Origin: Ginglymostoma cirratum
Lineage: Eukaryota
DNA length: 64,000 nt
Direction of reading: 5' to 3'
Assembly: GCA_024137785.1 (NCBI GenBank)
Contig: JAHRHZ010000040.1
Location: 9,184,418 to 9,248,417 of the forward strand
Under the pieces are notes generated by a model. It searched no databases. It was not told where the DNA came from and saw only the letters and a program-made list of their open reading frames with translations. Every line of letters begins with the position of its first letter. The first letter of the stretch is position 1. This document shows, piece after piece, positions 1 to 11,229 of the stretch. The position numbers and the translations under genes were made by a program.

Positions 1-2099
1 TGACCCCTCGTTATTGAATCCCTCACCCTGGGAAAAAGCTTATCTCTATCAACCCTGTCTATACCCTTCATGATTTTGAAGACCTCAATCAGGTCCCCCC
101 TCAATCTCCTTTTTTCTAATGAAAACAATCCTAACCTACTCAACCTCTCTTCATAGCTAGCACCTTCCATACCAGGCAACATCCTCGTAAACCTTCTCTG
201 TACCCTCTCCAAAGCTTCCACATCCTTTTGGTAATGTGGCGACCAGAACTGTACACAGTATTCTAAATGCGGCCGAACCAAAGTCTTGTACAATTTTAAC
301 ATGACCTGCCAGCTCTTATACTCAATACCCCGTCCGATGAAGGCAAGCATACCATATGCCTTCTTGACCACTCTATCCACCTGTGCGGCCACCTTCAGGG
401 TACAATGGACCTGAACTCCCAGATCTCTCTGCTCATCAACTTTTCCCAAGGCTCTTCCGTTTACAGTATAGTTTGCTCTAGAATTAGACCTCCCAAAATG
501 CATCACCTCACACTTGACCGGATTGAACTCCATCTGCCACTTCTCCTCCCAACTCTCCAGTCTATCTATATTCTCCTGTATTCTTTGACAATCCCCTATG
601 CTTTCTGCTACTCCCCCAATCTTCGTGTCATCTGCAAACTTACTGATCAGACCACTTATGCCTTCTTCCAGATCATTTATGTATATCACAAACAACAGTG
701 GCCCCAGTACTGATCCCTGTGGAACACCACTGGTCACCTTTCTCCATTTCGAGAAACTTCCTTCAACTACTACTCTCTGTCTCATGTTGCTCAACCAGTT
801 CTTTATCCACCTAGCTAGAACACCCTGTACACCATGTGACTTCACTTTCTCCATTACGATGGGGAACCTTATCAAACGCCTTACTAAAGTCCATGTAGAT
901 GACATCTACAGCCCTTCCTTCATCTATCAACTTGGTCACTTCCTCAAAGAACTCTATTAAGTTAGTAAGGCATGATTTCCCCTGCACAAAACCATGTTGC
1001 ATATCACTGATAAGCCCATTCTTTTCCAAATATAAATAGATTCTATCCCTCAGTACCTTCTCCAGCAACTTTCCCACCACTGACATCAGGCTTACTGGTC
1101 TGTAGTTACCTGGAATATCCCTACTACCCTTCTTGTACAGGGGGACAACATTAGCAACTCTCCAGTCCTCCGGCACTTCACCTGTGTTTAAGGATGCTAC
1201 AAAGATATCTGTCAGGGCCCCAGCTATTTCCTCTCTCGCCTCCCTCAGCATCCTGGGATAGATCCCATCCAGTCCTGGGGATTTGTCCACCTTAATATCC
1301 TTTAGCCTACCCAACACATCTTCCCTCCTTATGTCAATGTGATCCAGAGTAAACAAACTTCTATCTCTAATCTCAACATTCATCATGTCCCTCTCCTCAG
1401 TGAACACTGATGCAAAGTAATCATTGAGAATCTCACCCATTTTCTCAGGTTCGACACAAAACCTTCCTTCCTTATCCTTTAGTGGACCAACCCTTTCTCT
1501 AGTTACCCTCCTGCTTCTTATATATGAATAAAAGGCCTTGGGATTCTCCTTAATTCTGTTGGCTAAAGTTATTTCATGACCCCTTTTAGCCCGCTTGATT
1601 CCTTGTTTAAGATTGGTCCTACTCTCCCGATATTCCTCCAAGGACCGTTCTGTTCTTAGCTGCCTGGACCTTATGTACGCTTCCCTTTTCTTCTTGGCTA
1701 GTCTCACGATTTCTCCTGTCATCCACGGTTCACGAATCTTATCTTTCCTTTCCTATCCCTTGTTTTCAAAGGGACATGCCTATCCTGCACTATCTTCAAC
1801 CTATCTTTGAAAGCCTCCCACATATCAAATGTGGACTTCCCTTCAAATAGCTGTCCCCAATCCACATTTCCCAGCTCCTGCCGAATTTTGATATAATTGG
1901 CCTTGGCCCAGTTTAGTATTCTTCCCTCAGGACCACTCTCATCTTTGTCTACGAGTATTCTAAAACTTACAGAATTGTGGTCACTATTCCCAAAGAAATC
2001 CCCCACTGTAACTTCTACCACCTGGCCTGGCTCATTCCCCAACACTAGGTCCAATATGGCCCCTTCCCTAGTTGGACTATTGACATACTGCTCTAGAAA
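1..2099 (-). mobile_element. CR1-clade LINE (HER1-like) ORF2 fragment, young, frameshifted, 5'-truncated in the endonuclease domain
   Basis: ORFs 1719..2306(-) and 811..1722(-) give FLEQYVNSPTREGAILDLVL, GNSDHN, KSPGLDGIYPR, NYRPVSL, QHGF, YMDFSKAFDKVPH; the element continues past the window start. Confidence 0.95.
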
Positions 2100-3075
2100 G
2101 GGCGTTCTCGACCACTGTGGGGGGGAAGTTGCGGTCCTTGAAGAATGAGGACATCTGAGCTGTATGGGAGTGGAATGTCTCATCCTGGGAGCAGATGCGG
2201 CGGAGGCGAAGGAATTGGGAATAGGGGATGGCATTTTTGCAGGAAGGTGGGTGGGAGGAGGTGTATTCCAGGTAGCTGTGGGAGTCAGTGGGCTTGAAAT
2301 GGACATCGGTTTCTAGGTGGTTACCCGAGATATACTGCATCCGCTGTACCTGTTGTGGCTTCCTCTACATCGGGGAAACCAAGCGGAGGCTTGGGGACCG
2401 CTTTGCAGAACACCTGCGCTCAGTTCGCAACAAACAACTGCACCTCCCAGTCGCGAACCATTTCAACTCCCCCTCCCATTCCTCAGACGACATGTCCATC
2501 CTGGGCCTCCTGCAATGCCACAGTGATGCCACCCGAAGGCTGCAGGAACAGCAAATCATATTCAGCCTGGGAACCCTGCAGCCCAATGGTATCAATGTGG
2601 ATTTCACAAGCTTCAAAATCTCCCCTTCCCCAACCGCATCCCAAAACCAGCCCAGCTCATCTCCACCTCCCTAACCTGTTTTTCCTCTCACCTATCCCCT
2701 CCTCCCACCTCAAGCCACACCCCCATCTCCTATTTACTAACATCATCCCGCCCCCTTGACCTGTCCGTCCTCCCTGGACTGACCTATCTCCTCCCTACCC
2801 CCCCCACCTACACTCACCTTTACTGGCTCCATCCCCGCCTCTTCGACTTGTCCGCCTCCTCTCCACCTATCCTCTCCTCTATCCATCCTCTATCCGCCTC
2901 CCCATCTCTCCCTATTTATTTCAGAACCCTCTTCCCCTCCCCCATTTCTGATGAAGGGTCTAGGCCCGAAACGTCAAGTTTTCCTGCTCCTATGATGCTG
3001 CTTGGCCTGCTGTGTTCATCCAGCCCCATGCTTGTTATCTCGGATTCTCCAGCATCTGCAGTACCTTTTATCTCT
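2100..3075. mobile_element. Penelope-like element with 5' inversion: RT C-terminal part on minus (2100-2331), GIY-YIG plus tail on plus (2331-3075)
   Basis: Minus: TDVHFKPTDSHSYLEYTSSHPPSCKNAIPYSQFLRLRRICS. Plus: IYCIRC...YIGETKRRLGDRFAEH...LGTLQPNGIN, then a pyrimidine-rich tract and the conserved tail. Confidence 0.92.
2944..2979 (+). ncRNA. Minimal type-I hammerhead ribozyme motif, intact core
   Basis: attt-CTGATGA-A-GGG(tctagg)CCC-GAA-ACGT-C-aagt: conserved core, 3-bp stem II, palindromic ACGT stem III, 4-bp stem I; predicted cleavage after C2975. Confidence 0.75.
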
Positions 3076-6059
3076 GATACAATTACTAAACTGTTTTTGG
3101 TTTTCTTCATTAGGCTGACCCAATGACAAGTCAGTGTTTTAAGTGTGTTGTATAACTTGTTCATTGCATTATGAGGTCATCTACTAATGAAAACAAATGT
3201 CATAGGTCTCCTGATATTTGGGTACAACTTGTGCCCAGATTTACAGCTGGTCGCATCGGGCTGCTCAAGATCCCATAAGGCACATTGAAAGCCTCTGAAG
3301 TGTGACCAATATGTTTTAGCACAGTAGGAGCCTACCATCAGACTGGGAAAACCAGGCATTTTTCTATAGCCCATAAGGGGGTCTCATATTTGATATTTGT
3401 CTGTGCTTGGATATTTGATCTCTGCGGGAACATTTGTGATGCAACTAGTTTCTGTTTCCTGAGGTTACAGAAAATAAAATTCAGCCAGGTTTCTCATTTG
3501 CGATTACTATGTCTTGATCCTAGCACGTTCAACATTCATAAAACTTATTCTTAAATTGCCTTTGGACAGAGAGTGATGAGGAGAAAAGATTGCCATCAAA
3601 ATCTCAGATCATTAGCTTTTTCCAAACTTGGCTGATCTCTCCTTAAAACGTTTGGTTTATTCAAACTGTCAGTTTGCATCCTGTCTCAAAGCAAGATCCA
3701 CTTGGCTAATGCCCCTGTCTTTGTCATTTGTTAATGGCTCCCTTCAGCCCTAAATGACCCTTACGGAAACTAGAAATAGGCAATAAATGGAGGCCTTGGT
3801 TAAGGAGCAGAAGATGCTAGTAATATGCAGTAGTTCTGAATTAAATGTCCAGGGCTAGTTAGAGAGTTCATTCAGGGTGGAACAAGGCTGTAGAGGTATG
3901 AAAACAAAGGTAAAGATTTCAAATTCAACATCATGGACATGGGAAGTCACTGGAGCTTGGGAAGGATGGATATGAAGATTGTATGTGATTTTGGATAGAA
4001 AGGAGCAGTAGCAATTTTGAATAGTTGAAGTATCTGTTGTGCAGGGCCAAAGACATATAAAGAATAGACACAAGAACTCACCTCACAAGATTATGAATCT
4101 GTGCCATATCTTTGGATTTCTTGCAGTGGGAAGAAGATCACCCATGAGTAACATTATGAAAGTGAAAATTTGGGCCTAGCAACAGACTGGTAATAGGGTA
4201 TTGTACAAGTTGGCAAATTGTATACCATATGGCAAGCCATGCAATAAGCTGTGCTTTGCATCTCCGCTATCATTCTCTAACCTTTCTGCTGTCGGTTCTC
4301 TGTCTTAAATGAGCTACGATTCTTTCCAGCTAAACAATCAACATCATTGGTTGGTTAATTTGGTAAACAGGTGAAAACAAGATCGAAATATGTGCAGTAT
4401 AAACATGTTTGTTTTAATAGCTGGTTTTAGCACATAAAGTTCTCCCTAATTGCTGATTATTATAATTTGAATTTGTCTGGGGATGTTCAAAGAGATTTCT
4501 GCAGGTTTAGCAATGAACTGCTGATCAGATCATTTTTTTCTATGGAGCGGTAAATGTGTGATCCCCACATTCACTTCCACTGACCGTGCAGCATCTGAAA
4601 TATTGTAGAAACTTTCAGGATTCCTTTCGGACTGAACAAGGGGGCGTAGTGGACATAGCACTATATATCCTGAGGATGACCTGACAAATGTCCTATCGAT
4701 GTGATGATGTGGGAAGGGGGAGAAGCAGTCCTCTTCACCCTCCTGCTCCTCCCCCTTGTAGCAGCTGGTGCTGATCCACCCATGGCCTCCTACCATTCCT
4801 CTTGCACAACAAGGGCGCCCTCTACAGCGAATTATAGGTGACTCCAATTAGTTAGAATAGTACGGCACTCATTCACTTCAGATTAAATCCTGAAAGTATT
4901 TTCAGAACAAAACTCATTAAAGTCTTTACAAAGTATTCCAGAACGTCTCCCAATCTCTTCCAAACATTTTGTTTTCCCAAACTCCAGCAGCAAAAGAATA
5001 GAAAGATCAAATATCTTGACATAATATTTGAAATTCTCAGAAGTTATTATTTTGCATGTGTTAAACTGGTTGCAGTGAAGAGAGATTAAGTGCTATCCAA
5101 ACAAGAAAATGGTGTGCCTTTTCTTGAATAAGCATTGGTAGGAAGTTAAATGTCAGTCAGCCCTTCAGCAAACCTTGGGGCCTCTATTGGTACCAGCTTC
5201 AACTTTCCCTACTAAGGCAGCAACTTTTGCCAAAACTGGGATTAACTGGTATTTCAGCAATCTACAATTTCTCAGACAGGAATTCAGCTGGTGTGAAATG
5301 TTAGCAAACTGCCATTTGTACCACTCCTTGACTGATTATAACGGTTTCAGATGTTGTGTTTCAGTTCCCATGGAATCAGAAATGAAGTTTGGTACATAAT
5401 TTGTATGGTCAAAAGGCAGATCGTTGAATTTCACTTGAATAAGCTGTAGTCTCACTAGAAAATTTGTACTTGCATTCAACAATATACTGTGTAGTATACA
5501 TTAGTTAATCTTATAGTTATTTTCAGCTGTGATTGGGTTTATCCTGATATAGTTTCAGCCTGACCTACTTTAAACAAAGGCAATTCTTTGAAAATTGTTT
5601 GGCTTATCTTGATGCCTAGAATGGCCACGGATTTAACAGAAGAAATAGATCTGTCGTTGAAGCATTAAATACAAAATTGAATTGTAATAATCATGAAATG
5701 TTGACAATCCTCCAGGTACAACAGGACTCCAATTTGCTGTACAACTGAGCACATAAAGAAACTGATTCCAGGAGTAGTTCTGAAGCAGAGAGATGGTGAG
5801 CACTCCATCTGGGCTACTGACATCCAATACCATACAGATGGCTTGGAAAATTCTTTTGGTGACTTGTAACTTATACCCCAAACAAAAAATTATTTTTGGA
5901 GGAGATGATGCACTGTTTTAAACCAAAAATGTTATTCATTCTCATTCTTCAAGTTGTTTTATATTTATTGGTACACAATTTTATATAAATAAATTACAAC
6001 ACACAAATACTCATAACTGTACTAACAATCTCAAAATCAAATTAGCTGAAAATTTCTAT

Positions 6060-6760
6060 GAGTAGAATTTAATATTTTTGGCCAATGTGAAGTTTGCTGG
6101 AGGAGGCATTTAACCAGGCAAAAGTCACAGGGATGGCTTTCCCACCCTACTGCCAATTGAATGCCTTAAGTGGGGATTTAATATTTTAATAAAGGGCTCC
6201 ATCCTGCCACTGGTGGTATTAAACCAAACAGCAAGAGGCCGACGCCATGGGAAATATGACAAAGGATACCTTACAGGGTTGTAGTCTTGTTCAAAGACAC
6301 TGTGTCTGACAGAGGGACCTGGCGTCAAGAAGTGGCGGTGGTGTAGGATCGGCGTGCCATTCCTTTGTCCTAGCTACTGAATCCTTCATTTCCAAGATAC
6401 CGACCTCATGATTCTCCTGTCATTATTACTGTGGCCTGGAGCATTGACACTGGGTCTTGAGTGAGTGTAGAACCAGCAGCAGCCACCATATACCTGGTGG
6501 CGCTGCTGTTCAACCCAAGCTGCCAGTCTCTGATTAGCTAACAGTTTTTGATGGGTAGAACTTCTGCCTTTGGTTCCTTGATCCTGGGAAAGATTTGCTG
6601 CTGACCAGTTAAGAGCCTGAATGGTACTTACTTGAGTAGACAGTTGCCAATGCTCTTCCACTGGTGGGTGAGATGACAGTTCCTTCTATTAGATCCAGCA
6701 CTGTATGATAAGGAGTCCATGCCCCTTCTGACAGGGGTACACTTTACTTCTCTAAGTCTA
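6060..6760. repeat. Degenerate interspersed repeat, probably a non-autonomous DNA transposon (Harbinger-like); related copies at about 7520-8200, 39170-39490 and 40110-40730
   Basis: Locally GC-richer blocks sharing recurrent motifs (ccaattgaNNccttaag, ctgccNNNctctgattgg); family assignment is from recall only. Confidence 0.35.
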
Positions 6761-7925
6761 ACAAGTTGAGGTACAAATTGGCAAGTGTGGAAAAGTTGGA
6801 TTTAGAGACACCTGTAAGTATACAGAATAGTACTAGAGTTTAACCTATTAAAACCATGAGACTTACTGGGTTCTGAATAATTATTTCAATGGCTACTCTT
6901 GAGATTTTCTCAAGAGCTACTTTTTAATTTTCAAGGACTACGTTTTTGTCTTTATTCTCACCAGCTGCTGTTTCAGACGATGCAGTTATACAGTACCATT
7001 ACTTTCTGCATTTGTGTTACTTTTTTGGGGGTGTTTCTTCCTTTGAAAGATAAGATAGCACAAATATTGAAGATTTCATACATACAATATATTTTAGTAA
7101 ATTTTTTAACTTGGGAATCTATAAATGTGTTTTGTTAATTCATTGTAAACGAGTCTTCCATCCTCTGGATCTTTCTGTGCATTCACCAAAATAGATAGTT
7201 GTTAAATTTATGTAAAAATGATGTAATATTAATCCTGATTTTCCACGAATCATGAAACTAGTAAAGATATAATTTGAAAATAGCTTCCTGAAAAAAAAAT
7301 TGTAAAAATTGAGTGTAGAATGCCAACTGTCATTTAGGGAATTGATTTGTAAATTATCTACAACTTTGTCTTCTGTGCCTCTACCCATAGAAAATATTTA
7401 AGACCCTGATTCCCTCCCATTTATGAAAAGTTATTTTGTGTGGCCTCTCCTCTCAGCCTATTGAGTAAAACAAGTGGTTATAAGTTCCAATAAATTTGGA
7501 CAGCAATGGATAAAGTTACATGATGAGCAAGCATTGAGGAACCTACTTTCCCAATCATTTGTGAAACAACAGATACCGGTGTCTGGCTGTTTGCTCATTC
7601 CTATCTCCACCCCTGGGCTCTGTGCCCCACCCCCCCACTCAGCCAACATTTGGACTCTGGTCCCTTCCTCACTCCCCCAAGGTGCAACTCAGTCTCGACC
7701 CCGATGGGTACTCAGCATGGTGAATAGCCACTGCTTCGCTGGCATGAAATTCTCCTGCAAAGTGGCCCATATCTCTGATACAATTACCAGAGTAGTTTCT
7801 CCAGCTATGTCTATTCTTTCTCCCCAGCTTTTTGCTTCTCCAATCACAGATTCTGTCTCCGCAAGATTCAGAGGGAGGGAATCTGTGATGGGTGGAGCTA
7901 GAGCAACCTGCATTGGAGAGATAGA

Positions 7926-8018
7926 AGAGATAATAGGAACTGCAGATGCTGGAGAATCTGAGATAACAAGGTGTGGAGCTGGATGAACACAGCAGGCCAA
8001 GCATCATCATAGGAGCAG
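7926..8018 (-). mobile_element. Short PLE tail fragment
   Basis: Reverse complement of the tail at about 2984-3075 (ctgcagatgctggagaatctgagataacaag...). Confidence 0.85.
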
Positions 8019-8859
8019 CTCTGATTGGACGGGCAGCTGCTTACAGATGTACATGAATGTCTTTTGTGGGCATTTTCAGGGGCAAATTCGTTTGCTGCCA
8101 CCATGCATTTTGAACTTTGCAGCTTACCCTGTAGTGCACCCATTCCTGCACAAACACCCAGCATCAGTCTGCCCATTAAGACATGGTTTATAACATGGTT
8201 ATCAACAACTATACGTAAAGAATCCCAACCGTAGTGACTGTACTGGCTGGTCATGGTCCTGGTCACAGTGATCTTTCCTGGCTCTCAGGTATCAGATTGG
8301 TGCACGTGTCAAAGAGAAATGAATTTCAGCCATGGCCTCTGGATATGTAGTTTTGCCTAGAGATCAAAAAAAGCCTTTTCAACTGTTTACTGTTTGCTAA
8401 GACCATTTCTGGGTGCAAAAGGGTCAGGTTCCACCTGAACAGGACTGGACAAGTATCACTACGGGGAGTTTCATTGGTGTTGTTTGGGATTGTCGGAATG
8501 GGGTATCATGAGAAGGGAGTTGTATCATATTACATAGAAATGGATTGAGAAGGATGATAAATACAAAGGCAAGTTCACAAGGCATGTGTGTAAATGCACA
8601 AGAGCATGGTGAATAAAGTTGTCAGTTAAATGCACAAACAGCCATGCTATCGTGGCAATGACAAAAATGTGGCTTAAAATGACGACAGCTGTGTGAAAAA
8701 ATATCAAAAAAAAAAGGCATGGGAAACTAGGAGGTGATTGAGCTTGGAGGGATTGATTAGGGAAGCCATTGCAATGTTGGAAAGAGAGATGTCCTTTTGG
8801 GGGCAAGGACAGAGTTTTTTTGGCTAGAGTTGCAAAGCAAAAAGTATATGATCACACTA

Positions 8860-9880
8860 TGAGGGATATTCTGTAGATCTCCATATCATGAAAGATGGAG
8901 GAGCATATCTGCAGGGAAATCACAGATGTGCAAAAGCAAAAATGTTTTGGGGACTTTAATTACCTGAATATTGCTTGGGATGATGCCATTTGAATAGTGT
9001 GTAAAGAGGAGGAGGAATTTTGTTCCTGGCCTAACAGTAAAGGAGGCATTGGAGATAACAAGCATGGGGCTGGATGAACACAGCAGGTCAAGCAGCATCA
9101 TAGGAGCAGGAAACCTTGACGTTTCGGGCCTAAACCCTTCATCAGAAATGGGGGAGGGGAAGAGGGTTCTGAAATAAATAGGGAGAGAGGGGGAGGCGGA
9201 TAGAGGAGGGATAGAGGAGAGGATAGGTGGAGAGGAGGCAGACAAGTCGAAGAGGCGGGGATGGAGCCAGTAAAGGTGAGTGTAGGTAGGGGGGTAGGGA
9301 GGAGATAGGTCAGTCCAGGGAGGACGGACAGGTCAAGGGGGCGGGATGATGTTAGGAGATGGGGGTGTGGCTTGAGGTGAGAGGAAAAACAGGTTAGGGA
9401 GGTGGAGATGAGCTGGGCTGGTTTTTGCTGGATCTGAAGCTGAAGAATGTCCAGGTGCTTGTAAGGGAACATTTGCTTCAAGTGATCAGTGAATTCTAAA
9501 ATTTAGATTATTAGGGGAGAAGAACACGGGTCAATCTAAATTAGAACATCTAAACTGGAAAAGGATCAACTTAAATGGTATGACAAAGGATCTGGCCAAA
9601 GCAAATGGAATCCAAGACCTACAGGAAGAACAGTAATGAAATAGTGTGAGCCTCAAGCTGGAGATGCTTAAGGTACATGTTAAATATATTGCAACAAGCA
9701 TGAAAGGCAAGGGAATCAATGTTTTGGGTGATGAGAAAAATAGAGAAAATTCTGAAGCACTTCGCATAAACTCTTCATGTTCGGACCAGGCCGAATACAA
9801 CAGGTTGAAAGTGGAAGTGAAGAGAAAAATAACACAGCAAAGAGATAACATGATAATAGGGTAAAACCCCCAAATCTTCT
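8860..9880 (+). mobile_element. Degenerate CR1-clade LINE fragment, interrupted by a PLE tail
   Basis: Remnant gggactttaattacc (GDFNY); aaggaggcattg|ctggatctg (EALLDL) is split by the insert at 9052-9427. Confidence 0.65.
9052..9427 (-). mobile_element. PLE 3' tail (pLTR-like) with intact hammerhead motif at 9114-9149
   Basis: Near-identical reverse complement of about 2640-3042; the minus strand reads catttCTGATGAAGGGtttaggCCCGAAACGTCaagg. Confidence 0.9.
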
Positions 9881-9889
9881 AGGAATGCA

Positions 9890-10767
9890 CAGTTCAGACA
9901 ACATCAGACAGAGTATTTGCGATACATGGACTCCCGGAAGTATTGTTCACAGATAACGGGCCATCGTTTACCAGCAGGGAATTTGAGTATTTTCTTAAGT
10001 TGAATAGTTTTTGACATATAAGGACAGATCCATACCATCCATCATCCAATGATGTGGCAGAGAGCACTCCAAACTTTGAAGGCTTAAAGAGATAGTCTGC
10101 AGCTTCACTAGATGCTGAACTGTCCTGGTTCCTATTTGATTATAGGACCACCCCTCATGCAACTACACAGTTGCTAACAGGCTACAAACACCACACCATC
10201 TGATCTTCACAGATGTGCAGGGGGAGGATGAAGCAGCATTAGGAACACCAATGGTGGACATAAGACTCTGCTAAGCAAGAGAGACAGATACTTCAGAGGA
10301 CAAAGTTTGGTGTAGGAACCACAGGAATGGCCCTGCATGGGTAAAAAGCATGGTCGACGTGAGGTCAGGTCCAGTGATGTATAAAGTTCAAGTAGGAGCG
10401 ACAATCCAGAACAAGCACATGGACCTAATGAAAGCTGCAAACTCACAAATGGTAAGGAAGCAAAACATGTCGAGCTCCTCAACAGCCCCTCTGACTGTTC
10501 TGAGTAGGTTCTCCCTCTCTGTCAAGCATTGAAGGTACCTCGGAATCTGAGATGGACACAGCAGATGTTGTTGCCTCGATGTCTTTGCCACCTGAAGAGA
10601 ATGAATTTCTTCTGAGATATTCCAGGCACAAGTGGTGAGCTACTGTATGTTACACACCACTTGTACCAGAGGCACAGTCGGTGGAAACTGACCCAGTGCT
10701 AAAACATCCCAGGAGAAGCTACAAAAAAGAGAACTGACCTATGTCTTTGGACCCACAGGAGAAAGGA
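9890..10767 (+). mobile_element. Ty3/Gypsy LTR retrotransposon remnant: integrase core and polypurine tract
   Basis: Reads RVFAIHGLPEVLFTDNGPSFTSREFEYFLK...HIRTDPYHPSSN with stops and frameshifts; purine tract aggagaaagga at 10757-10767. Confidence 0.85.
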
Positions 10768-10989
10768 TGTAGTGATTGTAATGAGATTAGCCAGGTCGAT
10801 CTCATAAATATGAGTTCCCTGATTGGGGCTGTTAATCTGGTCCAATCAGGGAGCCCTGGCTGACAGATAAAAGCAGGAATATTAGACATCCTATTCACTT
10901 TGAGGGAGCTAGATCAGTGTCAATGACTTTCCACGTGTAAATAAAAGGTGACTTGGTGATGGGAGACAGGCCTCTGTGGAGTTATTTCA
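10768..10989 (+). mobile_element. 3' LTR of the Gypsy element (222 bp)
   Basis: Starts TGT directly after the PPT and ends TCA; contains inverted CCAAT boxes, a TATA-like gataaaag and AATAAA. Confidence 0.75.
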
Positions 10990-11229
10990 TTTAGGATGGG
11001 CTGCAAATGCTACTCTAGCCAGCAACATCCACATCCTGTAAATTAATAACTTAAAACAGAAAATACTTTGTATCTATGCTTTTCAGGAATAGGATACTGA
11101 CAAAGTTATGGGGGTATAGACAAGGTGAATAGCAAGGGTTTTTTTCCCTTGGGTGAGGGAGTTTAAAACTAAGGGGCATATTTTTTAGGTGAGTATTGAA
11201 AGTTTTTGAAAGGACATGAGGGGCAAGAG

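Noticed and set aside
405-2148. Plus-strand ORFs 405..713, 598..960, 1595..1810, 1897..2148
   Set aside because: Antisense shadows of the CR1 ORF2; not host genes.
6899-7138. Hydrophobic ORF resembling the last transmembrane helix of a GLUT transporter
   Set aside because: Lacks the PETKG motif; T-rich DNA gives hydrophobic translations by chance.
7474-8266. Overlapping 100-170 aa ORFs
   Set aside because: They run across repeat fragments and a PLE tail, with no recognisable domain or exon structure.
8241-8290. YWLVMVLVTVIFPG, reminiscent of the SLC2A12 motif WLVLSEIFPG
   Set aside because: SE is missing, the spacing is wrong, no RGRA follows, and there is no suitable splice acceptor.
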